Under the pieces are notes generated by a model, which saw only the letters and a list, made by a program, of their open reading frames with translations, was not told the DNA's origin and searched no databases. From the IMG/VR virus record IMGVR_UViG_3300029183_000023, positions 1 to 32,246 of that record: a DNA stretch of 32,246 nucleotides; one strand, written 5' to 3'. This document shows positions 15,216 to 24,709 of this stretch, in pieces. Position numbers and translations under genes: made by a program. Numbering within the stretch: the first letter of the stretch is position 1; every line of letters begins with the position of its first letter. Origin of the DNA: a virus (Duplodnaviria; Caudoviricetes).

Positions 15216-17071
15216 TATGAGATTACGAGGCCTGAGCCGTTGTTTTCGGCCTCCTGCATGATTCGCAGCATTTCTGCCGTATTGTCCTCGGTACCTGCTG
15301 TTGCATCGGCAATTTGCTTTTGCTCCTTCTTTTCCTGGGCTCGGAAACTGGAAAGCACATCAGCCGAAAACGTACTAAGCAACGATTGGCTGCCTGTCAC
15401 CTTTTCTTGAGTGTCAGCAGCGGCTTCAGCGGCCTTCTCAACAGGTGTGCCGCCTCCCAATGCCCCAAACTGCAATTGGCGGCCGATAAGGAAAGCCTGG
15501 CCTTCAGGCGATGCTAGAAAATCCTGAGCCTGGCGTGCATCGCTGGCTGATTGGGCAAGGCCCTCAAGTTCTGATTGAAGTTCCGATGTATCGAAACGTG
15601 AAAGCGTTTCCTGTTTCGATCGTTCGCGCTCTTCAACCCGTTGTTGAAATCCGCGAGCGACCTGGTTTTGGAAGTCCTGGCGGGATTGGCGCATTCGCTT
15701 TCGTTCGCCATCCACGTCGATGTTCACAATTTTGTTACCAGTCAAAGTCTCACTGACGTTGTTCGCCTGGTCGATCAACGTGAGGATTCCATTGGCGACA
15801 AAGTCGATCGCGTATTGCCAAGCAGTTCTAAAGGCCACGACGATGCTGTCGACAATATTCAAAAACCCAAATTTGAACTCCAGCCAAATTGAAGTAAGCC
15901 AACCAACGCCGGTTAGCCACGCAATTCGCAACGACGTCCACAGGATTTTGCCGGCCGTATCCCAATCGCCTGTTGCGATCGCGTCATAAATTCCACCGAA
16001 GACAAGCTTGCCCCATTCCAATAGCGCCCCAAGCTTGCCCTGCAGAAAATCAACAACCTGGCCGCCAACCCCGCTGAAGTACAGGAATGCACCGCCAGCA
16101 GCCAGGACAAGAGCAACCAGCAGGCCGATTGGCGACAGGATCGCGCCAACAATTGCAACTAGGATTTTGACCATTACAACCACGCCGGAAATCGCCATTG
16201 AAAGCCCGATTGCCGCGACCGATGCCGTCAGCATCGCGCCGCCAAAAACCGCCAAGGCCGCCAGGCCAGCTGTGATACCAACAACTAGAGCGTGGTTGTT
16301 TTTGACAAAATTCAAGACAAACACCGCGGCACGTTGCAACAATTCCGCACCGCGAATCAATGTCGGCGCAAGTGCCGCTCCCAATTGCACCGCGGTTTGC
16401 GTGACAATTTCTTTCAATTCGAATAATCGATCAGTCAACTGAGCCGCGGCGCTGGCATCTTTTCCGGACATTTCCACGCCCAGGTCCCTGGCCTTGCTCT
16501 GCAGGTTGTCGATGCCATCGGCCCCAAGATTGAGCATCGGCAACATTTTCTGGCCGGCTTTGCCGAATATTTCCATTGCGATCGCGGCTCGTTGTTGAGG
16601 GTCGATCGTTTGTAAACGTTCAGCAATCAGTTTGATGCCATCGGCCGGCGCTTTGTTCTTTAGGTCATCAGCCTTCAGCCCCAGGGTTTCAAGTGAATCC
16701 GTCGCCGTTGAAAGTCCCCTTTCAGCGTTCCTGGTCGTGCGCTGAAGTCCGATGATCATTTTCTCCAGCGATCCCATGTCACCGCCTGTTTCGTTCGCCA
16801 CGAATCCCAGTGTCGAAAGATCCTCAACAGCCACGCCAGTACGCGCCGACATTTTGTCCAGGTTATCTCCAACCTTCAGGAATTTCCCAACGGCAAAGGC
16901 AATGGGAGTTAATCCAGCAGTTGCGGCTGCGACCGCGCCGCCGCCGATTCTGGAGGCTCCAGCTGCAAAGTTGCGCAATCGATTCTGCAGCCCCTTCAAA
17001 CCGGCGCTGAGCTTGTCTCTTATGACCGCTTCGATTTCAGCGCGGCCGCCGCGAATTCGTTTACTGCTCAT
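15215..17071 (-). CDS. Tail tape measure protein
   Basis: 618 aa, Ala/Gly-rich helical repeats, AMEIFGKAG motif, hydrophobic middle. Confidence 0.92.
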   Translation of the reverse strand: MSSKRIRGGRAEIEAVIRDKLSAGLKGLQNRLRNFAAGASRIGGGAVAAATAGLTPIAFAVGKFLKVGDNLDKMSARTGVAVEDLSTLGFVANETGGDMGSLEKMIIGLQRTTRNAERGLSTATDSLETLGLKADDLKNKAPADGIKLIAERLQTIDPQQRAAIAMEIFGKAGQKMLPMLNLGADGIDNLQSKARDLGVEMSGKDASAAAQLTDRLFELKEIVTQTAVQLGAALAPTLIRGAELLQRAAVFVLNFVKNNHALVVGITAGLAALAVFGGAMLTASVAAIGLSMAISGVVVMVKILVAIVGAILSPIGLLVALVLAAGGAFLYFSGVGGQVVDFLQGKLGALLEWGKLVFGGIYDAIATGDWDTAGKILWTSLRIAWLTGVGWLTSIWLEFKFGFLNIVDSIVVAFRTAWQYAIDFVANGILTLIDQANNVSETLTGNKIVNIDVDGERKRMRQSRQDFQNQVARGFQQRVEERERSKQETLSRFDTSELQSELEGLAQSASDARQAQDFLASPEGQAFLIGRQLQFGALGGGTPVEKAAEAAADTQEKVTGSQSLLSTFSADVLSSFRAQEKKEQKQIADATAGTEDNTAEMLRIMQEAENNGSGLVIS

Positions 17072-17628
17072 TAAACTAGTCCGATCTTTTCTATGGATTC
17101 ATCGATGACTTCTCGGTTGTCGTTCAACGTAGGCCAGGCGAACGGCCGCTTCGGATATGTGAACGACCTGGTTTTGCCGCTTGTGGAAAATGGATTGGTA
17201 ACGCGAATCGTGCCACCCTCCTCGTGAAGTTCTGGCACAGTCATCCCGCGTGAACGTGCAAACGCTACAGGCCCAATGACGACAACTTCGTCACCTTCCA
17301 GGCCATACAAAATCATCCGCAAATTATCCGGATCGGCTTTGCGTGTTTTGGGGGGTTGGCCGGCAGGTGAAGGTTTGAAGGCTCCCAGTTTTTTCAGCCT
17401 TGCCAATGCATCTTCATCGCCGCCAAATGCCAGCGCTCGCAAGTTGCGAACCTTCTTGGAGAATGCCGGACCTTTGCGAAGTTTCTTTCGCATGATCCGA
17501 CGATAGATAGCGCCAATGCGACGGAGTATTTTCAGCCGTTGGCGCTTGGCTTTGTTTTGGACCTTCTCAACTTCAATGAATGTGTTTTTGATTGAGAAGC
17601 TAACGATTTGCGAAGACGGGAGGCTCAT
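17071..17628 (-). CDS. Tail completion / virion morphogenesis protein (HK97 gp10-like)
   Basis: Basic protein with LHEEGGT...YPKRPF motif. Confidence 0.7.
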   Translation of the reverse strand: MSLPSSQIVSFSIKNTFIEVEKVQNKAKRQRLKILRRIGAIYRRIMRKKLRKGPAFSKKVRNLRALAFGGDEDALARLKKLGAFKPSPAGQPPKTRKADPDNLRMILYGLEGDEVVVIGPVAFARSRGMTVPELHEEGGTIRVTNPFSTSGKTRSFTYPKRPFAWPTLNDNREVIDESIEKIGLV

Positions 17629-17867
17629 TCACTCGTGTTAACAAGCTCACTCCACGCATTTTCAATACGTGACTCAAGTTCGGAAACCTTGCTCTTCAGC
17701 CTGTAGTGTTCGTCAATAAGCTGATGCTTCATTTTTTGTTGGTGGCGGTATTCACGGTCGGACCCGAAGAACGAGCCAAGTATGAAAGAAATACACATGA
17801 AGACAACGAATATCAAAAAAACAGCAAGGTACACGAGATCAGCCTTTCTTGACGATTGCCGCTGCAA
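17625..17867 (-). CDS. Small TM plus coiled-coil protein
   Basis: Fills the gap between tail genes; start uncertain. Confidence 0.55.
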   Translation of the reverse strand: MQRQSSRKADLVYLAVFLIFVVFMCISFILGSFFGSDREYRHQQKMKHQLIDEHYRLKSKVSELESRIENAWSELVNTSE

Positions 17868-18096
17868 ACATCTTTAAATTGTTTTTGTTGATACGAGGTT
17901 TGGTAGATTTGGTTTTGCGGTAGGGATTGAATTGGCTGAACGATATGAGCCGCGAACCCTCTTTTCGATTGATGTTTACCAGCATGGCTGTGATCATTGC
18001 CGGCCCGTCAAAGTCATGTCGCATCTTGGCTTCTGCAGCTGTGAATAGCCGGCGTAAAGTCCAGTCTTTTGGATCGATACCAATGATCCCGGTCAA
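17839..18096 (-). CDS. Tail assembly chaperone C-terminal (T-like) ORF
   Basis: In the -1 frame of the upstream chaperone; GIDPKDWTLR...FNPY. Confidence 0.65.
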   Translation of the reverse strand: MTGIIGIDPKDWTLRRLFTAAEAKMRHDFDGPAMITAMLVNINRKEGSRLISFSQFNPYRKTKSTKPRINKNNLKMFAAAIVKKG

Positions 18097-18584
18097 CTCG
18101 TCGATGTGTCCGAAAATATCCCGCTGACAATCTCGTTGGCTATCTTCTGACCTTCCACTTTCGGGTCGATTTGCATCATCTTGTCGATGACCATTTGTTC
18201 GGCCCGATTGCCCGTCTCGCGTAGGGTTTCGACGACACGTTTCGCCGCCATCCTTTTTTTTTCAGGTAGGTAATCGACAACAGCATCAAAGAACCGTTCG
18301 ACAGCGTTTGCCAACACATCGTTGTTGATTAAAGGATCGACGCCGGCGGCATCATCGCCAGCAAACAACTGGTCAAACGTGATACCCCGATCGCGAGCCT
18401 GGTCAGATATGCATACCCACAGGACATCGACCAGCTTGATGGTATCGTTGGCAAGTTCTGCCAACACGTCTTTATTGAACAGCTGGTGGATATCCAGGTC
18501 GCATTCCTGGAAGATCATGCGACCGCGAAAAATGGTGATATTAAGGTTCCATTGGTTGCCCCCGGTATCAGTGAATTTTTGCAT
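18093..18584 (-). CDS. Tail assembly chaperone (G-like)
   Basis: Size, position and overlapping -1 ORF; start placed at MQKFTD. Confidence 0.7.
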   Translation of the reverse strand: MQKFTDTGGNQWNLNITIFRGRMIFQECDLDIHQLFNKDVLAELANDTIKLVDVLWVCISDQARDRGITFDQLFAGDDAAGVDPLINNDVLANAVERFFDAVVDYLPEKKRMAAKRVVETLRETGNRAEQMVIDKMMQIDPKVEGQKIANEIVSGIFSDTSTS

Positions 18585-18684
18585 TTGTGTTGATTGTGAA
18601 AACAGGCGAATTCCTAGCACAAATCATTGCTTGAAAGGTCAGTTATGGAAACGTGAAACGGCCGCCAAGAATCGACGCAGTTGT

Positions 18685-21024
18685 TTAGACGTAATCGTTC
18701 AGGACGCGAACAGGCCCACGTTCAATGGTGTGGCGTCGGCTATTGGCAAAATAGCCGCGAAGATTGAACCGCAAGTTTTGGCTGCCAGCGCTCAAATTGG
18801 CGATAACGGACGCCAGCGCGTTGAAGTGTGCTTTGGTCGCGGATTCTACCGTCCCGACCAGGTCATCCAGCCCTGTGACTGACTGCTTTGTTTCCAGATT
18901 GTAGATATTGAGCTTAACGGAGTCGTATTGCGTCAGATCGGGATATCCGGCATTTTCCATTGTGATTGGCCTGGATTCGTCAGCGTGGTAGTCATCGCCG
19001 TGCACGAGCTCCAGGACTCCGTTGATTACGGCGCTATGATGCGTGACCCGAATTGGCGTTTGTGCCAGGGAAGCCAGGACCGAGTCCTTTTCAGCTTCTG
19101 ACCATGTCGAATTCCCGGCGCCACCATTCTCGCGAATATCCTTCAACGTTTCGTCGCTCCAGCCAGCGCCCTTGATTTCATCGAATGCCGCATCCAATTC
19201 AGTTGTCCTGGCCAGTGTTGCGATATCGGAAATCAGCTGAACAAATGTTGCGTTGGCAACCAGGGCCGATGCCACAGCGACAGGGCTGGCATCGCTTGCC
19301 ACCCAATCGGCAGCAATGCGATCAGCGATCAACTGCAAAAAGGCTTGGTTGGTGGCGTCATTCGCCAATTCCAATTCGGTGGCATCGGCGATCGCGTCAT
19401 GCTCTGACGTCGCCAGCGTATATTCGGACTTGTCCTTGTTAGTGCCGACTGTCACATCAGAATCAAGCGTTTCAATTCGGGACATTGTTCTGGGCGAGTT
19501 GTAAGCGAAAACAGTTTTGCCATCATCAACGACGGTCACGGAATAAATTTTGCCGTAGAAGTTCCCAACAGGATTATCCGGCTGATAATTACCCACCATC
19601 CACTCAGCATCGCCGGCAAAAACATTGGTCACGGTTGTGTTTTGCGCGTTACCTTGCTGAACCCCGTCCAGGTAGCAAATTAATTGCCCGCTGCGCCGGT
19701 CAAGCCTCAAACGATGCCGGCGATTGAATTGGAAATCAACCGAAAAACTGTTGGTCGAATTTGACGTACCATTCGACGATTGCAGGACGTTGATTTGCCC
19801 GGCTGATTGATTCCAACGAATCAAAATTGATCGATCGTTTGTGGCCGGTTTCCACTTGCCAATGATCCCGCGAAGATTCGACGTAGAATTGAGATCGGGA
19901 TAGACTTCAAACTCCAATTCGATCGCGTAAAACTCGTCAACGTTTGCAACCTCAGATCCCACAATTGATTCGTAGTTAGTAAATGGTGGCTCGTCTTGGC
20001 TGTAAAGGAGGTTGGCAATCTTTCTACCCAGATCACGCTGCCCTGCCATCGTGTAATGGATCAACGAACTTTCCAGACCAAGGAAATCCGTATCAATCAA
20101 TCGGTAATGCGACTTCAGATTAGCGACGTTCTGTTGAGCGGTTTGAACCTCGGTTGTGTACGTTCGGCCCTTCCAAGGCGATATCCTGGGGATGATCACT
20201 TTATTTGCTTTGCCGATTGTCGTTTCAACTTGAGCCAAAAAATTGGTCAGATTCGTTTCATAATTGCCGCTGGCTGTCAAATCGTTTGCGTCCGATTCGC
20301 CTTGAATCCAGACAAAATTAAAAACAAAGTCGCCATCAATACCCAGTGCAACTTTGGCATCATCAACATCATCATAAAGTTGATTGCGAAGCGCGCTGCC
20401 ATCTTCCCAATCTGTTTCTAAATCAGTTGAGCCTTTGGATACTTTGACCAGATAAAGCGTGTCGTTACTGTGCTTTTCGTGATCAAGTGCCAATTGCAGT
20501 TCAGGACCGAATTCGCTCAATTCGCCAGTTGAAGACGTGCCATGCTGATTGGTCCCAATCTTTAGCTTGGCAAATGCAGATCCGGTCCAGATTTCCACGT
20601 GCTGGAATTCAATGGTTGCCAATTCGGCTGGCAGCTCTGAAGTTTCGCCCTCGCTTTCAGCATTTGATTGTCCAGCAATAACTGTCAGACGCACTCGGTT
20701 TTGGGTTTTGATTTCGGCCCCCACGCGAAATGTCAAGATCGCAGATCCAGTTACGGAATCGACTGCGCCAGAGATTCTGACAACAAACGTGGCGGCCTCC
20801 TCGAACCCATTGGCGACCGTCGCTGCAATTGTGCCCTCGTAAAATCCGACCGTGTTCGCATCATCCTTTAACGACATCGTACCGGTGACCAACACCGTAT
20901 CGCTGCCCTGTTTGTATACATCAAACGATGGTGCAGAATCCGCATCAGCGTTTTCTGCCGTTTCTGGATCAATAGCCTGTGCCCAAAACGGGAAGGTTTC
21001 ACCAAGCTTGACTAGTCCATTCAT
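18685..21024 (-). CDS. Virion protein with sialate O-acetylesterase (SASA/SGNH) and LamG/ConA-like lectin domains
   Basis: IAGQSNA, WIQGESDA, IHYT; then YLDG...VGN...FYGKIYSV LamG pattern. Confidence 0.8.
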   Translation of the reverse strand: MNGLVKLGETFPFWAQAIDPETAENADADSAPSFDVYKQGSDTVLVTGTMSLKDDANTVGFYEGTIAATVANGFEEAATFVVRISGAVDSVTGSAILTFRVGAEIKTQNRVRLTVIAGQSNAESEGETSELPAELATIEFQHVEIWTGSAFAKLKIGTNQHGTSSTGELSEFGPELQLALDHEKHSNDTLYLVKVSKGSTDLETDWEDGSALRNQLYDDVDDAKVALGIDGDFVFNFVWIQGESDANDLTASGNYETNLTNFLAQVETTIGKANKVIIPRISPWKGRTYTTEVQTAQQNVANLKSHYRLIDTDFLGLESSLIHYTMAGQRDLGRKIANLLYSQDEPPFTNYESIVGSEVANVDEFYAIELEFEVYPDLNSTSNLRGIIGKWKPATNDRSILIRWNQSAGQINVLQSSNGTSNSTNSFSVDFQFNRRHRLRLDRRSGQLICYLDGVQQGNAQNTTVTNVFAGDAEWMVGNYQPDNPVGNFYGKIYSVTVVDDGKTVFAYNSPRTMSRIETLDSDVTVGTNKDKSEYTLATSEHDAIADATELELANDATNQAFLQLIADRIAADWVASDASPVAVASALVANATFVQLISDIATLARTTELDAAFDEIKGAGWSDETLKDIRENGGAGNSTWSEAEKDSVLASLAQTPIRVTHHSAVINGVLELVHGDDYHADESRPITMENAGYPDLTQYDSVKLNIYNLETKQSVTGLDDLVGTVESATKAHFNALASVIANLSAGSQNLRFNLRGYFANSRRHTIERGPVRVLNDYV

Positions 21025-21515
21025 TGATTGATCCTGCTAAACACCTGGCGTCTGGATACTTCGTACGTTACATCAACCGGAACATCCGTGATTGCCACTG
21101 TCGATGGCAACAACGGCAACTCGTTTCCAAATTGCAGAGTCACTCCGAAACTGTCGAATGTCATGTCCTCGGCAGCCATGTCCCAAACATCATCCGCGCT
21201 GCCAATCGTAAAATCGAACAGCGTGCTGGTAAGATCGCTCTCTTTGATTATCGATCGCACTTCGCCAAACATTAACGATATGTTGATAAGGCGGATTCCA
21301 AGTAGCGACAATGTGCCTGTCAGTCTCACTGTCAGTCCGAGGATGCGTGCGCGTTTCGGCATTTCGAAGCCAAACCCTGAAAGCTGCAAATGCCAAGTGG
21401 TTTGTCCGGCCACGATGGTTGCGTTAGCGAGTGGCGACACGATGGCCCATTGTTGGTCCCCATCATTTTCGACTTGATCGATGGCGTTGGGGTGTTTTGT
21501 GACTTTTCGGATCAC
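21021..21515 (-). CDS. Hypothetical beta-rich virion protein
   Basis: 164 aa, coupled to both neighbours. Confidence 0.65.
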   Translation of the reverse strand: MIRKVTKHPNAIDQVENDGDQQWAIVSPLANATIVAGQTTWHLQLSGFGFEMPKRARILGLTVRLTGTLSLLGIRLINISLMFGEVRSIIKESDLTSTLFDFTIGSADDVWDMAAEDMTFDSFGVTLQFGNELPLLPSTVAITDVPVDVTYEVSRRQVFSRINQ

Positions 21516-22591
21516 GCGGCACCTATGATTACTGAGCTGCCAATAATTGGCGATCTACCGCCCCCGCTAGAAGCACTTTGAACCGCACCACGGTCGCGCC
21601 GGCTGTTTTGATATGAGCCGTTAAGAACTGCGCCGACGTCTTGGGGGTTGAAATATAAAAGTCTGTTTGCGTAGGTGTTGTCGCCGGATTTCGCGAACGG
21701 AGATACAAGTAGTGTTTCGTTCCCCGTCTCAACTGCGTGATGCAATTCACTGTCTGAAATTGCGGTGCAGTTGTAAAAAGAGTTGTTGGCGTAAATCCCG
21801 TTCCAATCTGAGGCGAAATCTACCCCCGTTGCAGCGCCTTCTATCAAGTTGCTAAAAACGCCAATGCAACGGTCAACCTGTATACCAACCCCCGCCCCCG
21901 GTAATATGACGGAGTTATTAAACGCGCTTCCCTCAACACCTGTCGAGCGGATTCCGTGAGAAACGTTCGCCGCACTTGTCATTTGTACGATATTGTCACT
22001 GATTGACATAGCGCCGCTGGTCGCATTGATGCCGTATTGGCCACTAGTGTAGATCCAATTACCCCGGCATATTCCGTACCTCGGAACGTTAATAGCTGCC
22101 CCTGTCGTTGATGACGATATAACCGAACAGTAGCAGACGGATGAATTGAAGCTCGTTTGAATGTTCCCCTCAATCACGCAATTGAAAATAAAACACGATC
22201 TGTCAAAATCAATCACTTCACTTACAGGCCCATTGCTGATAATGAGATTAGCCAAATGAATTCCGTCATGCGTCAGCGTATCTATTTGATTTCCGTCGCA
22301 ATCAATTTCAGCAAAACCCCCATCACTTTCGACAGAATCATAACCTCGAAATACTGTAGGTAGTGTCGCCGTTGACGGTCCAAATCCGTCCAAGTCAAAT
22401 CGCTCCGTTAAAACGTCAGCTGTGCCGCTCTTGATGTTCACAATTACCGGTTCGGCATTTTGAACGATCAACGGGCTGACAGAATCGAAAGCCCGTTCAA
22501 GCACTGAGCCAGTGCTACCCCAAGGATCGCCAATGGTGCCACTGCCAGTATTCGTGCCGAGTCCGGGGTCTAGGAAATACGTCGCCATCAA
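21512..22591 (-). CDS. Right-handed beta-helix (pectate-lyase-like) protein, probable spike/depolymerase
   Basis: YFLDPGLGTNTGSGTIGDPW N-cap, repeated N/G-I coils, DRGAVQ C-cap. Confidence 0.75.
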   Translation of the reverse strand: MMATYFLDPGLGTNTGSGTIGDPWGSTGSVLERAFDSVSPLIVQNAEPVIVNIKSGTADVLTERFDLDGFGPSTATLPTVFRGYDSVESDGGFAEIDCDGNQIDTLTHDGIHLANLIISNGPVSEVIDFDRSCFIFNCVIEGNIQTSFNSSVCYCSVISSSTTGAAINVPRYGICRGNWIYTSGQYGINATSGAMSISDNIVQMTSAANVSHGIRSTGVEGSAFNNSVILPGAGVGIQVDRCIGVFSNLIEGAATGVDFASDWNGIYANNSFYNCTAISDSELHHAVETGNETLLVSPFAKSGDNTYANRLLYFNPQDVGAVLNGSYQNSRRDRGAVQSASSGGGRSPIIGSSVIIGAA

Positions 22592-22612
22592 TCGCCGTCA
22601 TTCGTAAAGAGA

Positions 22613-23314
22613 TTATCCCAACAGCTCGACGATGTCCTCGGCGAATTTTGGACCGATGCCGGATTTGCCTTTAGCTAATGCTGCCTGGGGGTCATCCTGG
22701 CCGGATAACCATTCGCGAAGTTCCTGAGGATGCTGAAACGACGGACCGTTGCTATCGTCCTCAAGCAATTCGATCAGGTTTTCTGACAAGCCAAGCGATT
22801 CAAACGATTCACCTTCAGTGATACCCTGGTCAATGCTTTCTTTGATCAGCTCAGAATCGTCGCTGCTGTCGACTTGCGAATCATCGACCTGCGATTCGTC
22901 AACCTGGTCAACCTGGGCGCCGTCAATCGCGCCTGAGCTGTCGTCAGGCTCGACCGGTTGCGACAACTCATAATATGCTGTTGCGCGTTCGACGGCTTGA
23001 TCGCGTTCGTTTCTCATTTCATTCAGGTCTGACGTGGCAGTCTCAACTTGAGCCTGCAGTTCACTCATCCCCGCTTCATAAGCGGCAATTTGCGAATCAG
23101 CTTCTGCCCGCTCCTGTTCAAGCTTTGACCGCAATTCGCTGATCTCATCCTGGAGCAAGCCTGTGTTGCCGCCGCCGTTTCCTGGTTTCGTGAGGTTGAT
23201 CAACCGGTCCAGGGCATCCCAGTCAACTTTCAATACCCGTCGATGTTTCCAGCCGTCGCAATGCTTGCGCATAAATTGGACGAAGTCCCGGTCATTCAGC
23301 TTGTCAATTTTCAT
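22613..23314 (-). CDS. Coiled-coil protein with acidic linker and C-terminal HhH/alpha-CTD-like domain
   Basis: FESLGLSENLIELL...SGIGPKFAEDIVELL; start placed at MKIDKL. Confidence 0.65.
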   Translation of the reverse strand: MKIDKLNDRDFVQFMRKHCDGWKHRRVLKVDWDALDRLINLTKPGNGGGNTGLLQDEISELRSKLEQERAEADSQIAAYEAGMSELQAQVETATSDLNEMRNERDQAVERATAYYELSQPVEPDDSSGAIDGAQVDQVDESQVDDSQVDSSDDSELIKESIDQGITEGESFESLGLSENLIELLEDDSNGPSFQHPQELREWLSGQDDPQAALAKGKSGIGPKFAEDIVELLG

Positions 23315-23352
23315 GTTGCAAATATGTGGGTTGGTGGTGGTGTGATCGGCCA

Positions 23353-23470
23353 GGCTCGCGAGAGCGATACGCACAGCGGAAAGTCACCGATACGTTTCTC
23401 TCGCGAGCCATGTCTCACAGTGTCAAACTGGCTATACGCATAATCAGAATACGTTTCCAGTCGTGACCGC
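23353..23470 (-). ncRNA. Twin-hairpin structured intergenic element
   Basis: Two stem-loops, each with G-AA-ACGUA / UGCGU-AU(A/C)G-C; one is closed by a perfect 12-bp stem. Confidence 0.5.
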
Positions 23471-23486
23471 TTCGCTCAGGTAGTTG

Positions 23487-23642
23487 TTATTTGGTGGGCT
23501 TGCTCGGCTCGCTTGTTTTGGCGTTTTTATCAGCTAGGTCGCAGAGTCGTAAAACGTCTTTTGTCTCCATCGCCACCCGATGGTCATCAGCCAGTCCCTT
23601 CATGGCCTTTCGAAAATGTGCAATGAATTCTGCGTCGCTCAT
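23487..23642 (-). CDS. 51-aa protein below the ORF-track cutoff
   Basis: GAGGT SD; MSDAEFIAHFRKAMKGLADDHRVAMETKDVLRLCDLADKNAKTSEPSKPTK. Confidence 0.7.
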   Translation of the reverse strand: MSDAEFIAHFRKAMKGLADDHRVAMETKDVLRLCDLADKNAKTSEPSKPTK

Positions 23643-23689
23643 GTCGTTACCTCGATCAAGTTTGGTTGCGGTTTTCGGTTTGAGTTCGT

Positions 23690-24178
23690 TTACGATCCAG
23701 CAGCAGGCGTTATGAAGTCTGGTGATACCAGTGCGCCACTTTCAACGTAGTCGGTCGGCTTCGCTTCAATATCCAACATGACGCCTTCTTCAGCCGTTCC
23801 TGGTAAAGGCATTTTCATGATTTCACACCAGGCCTTGAAGCCAAATGAATCATTGCTTGCCATGCCGTCTGAAGTCATCGCCAATTGTACGGGTTTGCCA
23901 TTGATGAATGAGTCCCACAGCTTATCGAAGACAGCATCGCTGGCCACGTCAGGCCGCGATACTGGCGAATATTTGAATGAGAAGGCGTTGGAAAATTTGC
24001 CGCCACGCGTTAGTTCATATTTGATTTTGCGCGGCTTGCGAGTGGTTTGATTTTTAGACAGATCAGCCGATGGTTCCTCGGCATTGTCCATTGCAACCCA
24101 GGCCGGCGTCGCATCGTCGCCAGTATTGATGTCAAAATGCACGTCGTCGCCGTGTAGGAAGTAATGGTCTTGGCTCAT
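23690..24178 (-). CDS. Major tail (tube) protein
   Basis: 162 aa, acidic, beta-rich, canonical position. Confidence 0.75.
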   Translation of the reverse strand: MSQDHYFLHGDDVHFDINTGDDATPAWVAMDNAEEPSADLSKNQTTRKPRKIKYELTRGGKFSNAFSFKYSPVSRPDVASDAVFDKLWDSFINGKPVQLAMTSDGMASNDSFGFKAWCEIMKMPLPGTAEEGVMLDIEAKPTDYVESGALVSPDFITPAAGS

Positions 24179-24193
24179 TGATTTTGCTCGCTG

Positions 24194-24643
24194 TTAGGTT
24201 GCTTGTCCAAGTGGCGATTTCCACTTGTATTTCAGGTTGATTAGTGCGACGAATCGCTGTCGTTGGTGAAGCCAATCAGGCAGCCAAATGAAGGTTTCGT
24301 CCTCATCCATGACATAGGTCGCGTGTTCGTGGATTTTTGCGGTTTCAAAATGCGAATCCAAATCGGCAACGTATTGAACCATCGCGTCCAGGGCCTTGGA
24401 ATCTTGCGGTGTCAATGCCCGCTGAACCGAACAGTCAATGGATATGATGGTTGTTTTCTGGTTTTGATTGCGCTGCTTTTGCCTCGCAATTGGGTAAACG
24501 TTTACCTTTACGATTTCTGTCGGTAACTTCGAATCATCGACATACTTGCGTTCTGCCTGGACCGGGCAACCATCAGCGCGGCGGGCGAAAGATAGTACCT
24601 CCGCGATCACAGCGTCCGTTAGTTCAAGCGGTCCAATGCTCAT
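24194..24643 (-). CDS. Tail terminator-like protein
   Basis: Size and position before the tube gene. Confidence 0.55.
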   Translation of the reverse strand: MSIGPLELTDAVIAEVLSFARRADGCPVQAERKYVDDSKLPTEIVKVNVYPIARQKQRNQNQKTTIISIDCSVQRALTPQDSKALDAMVQYVADLDSHFETAKIHEHATYVMDEDETFIWLPDWLHQRQRFVALINLKYKWKSPLGQAT

Positions 24644-24709
24644 TTGTGGGTTTGTTTACCTCAAAGGATGCAAACCTGTTGCGCTGTTGCGCCCTTTGGG
24701 ATAAACCGA

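Noticed and set aside
12204-22591. Diversity-generating retroelement or tail-fibre invertase system
   Set aside because: No reverse transcriptase, invertase or TR/VR repeat pair was seen.
22865-22920. Short QVD(D/E)S repeats
   Set aside because: Low-complexity acidic linker within a CDS; degenerate at DNA level.
23420-23485. Hammerhead ribozyme (CUGAGCGA...GAAAC...GUA)
   Set aside because: Core spacing and stem I/II junctions do not fit CUGANGA; the twin-hairpin fold explains the pairing better.
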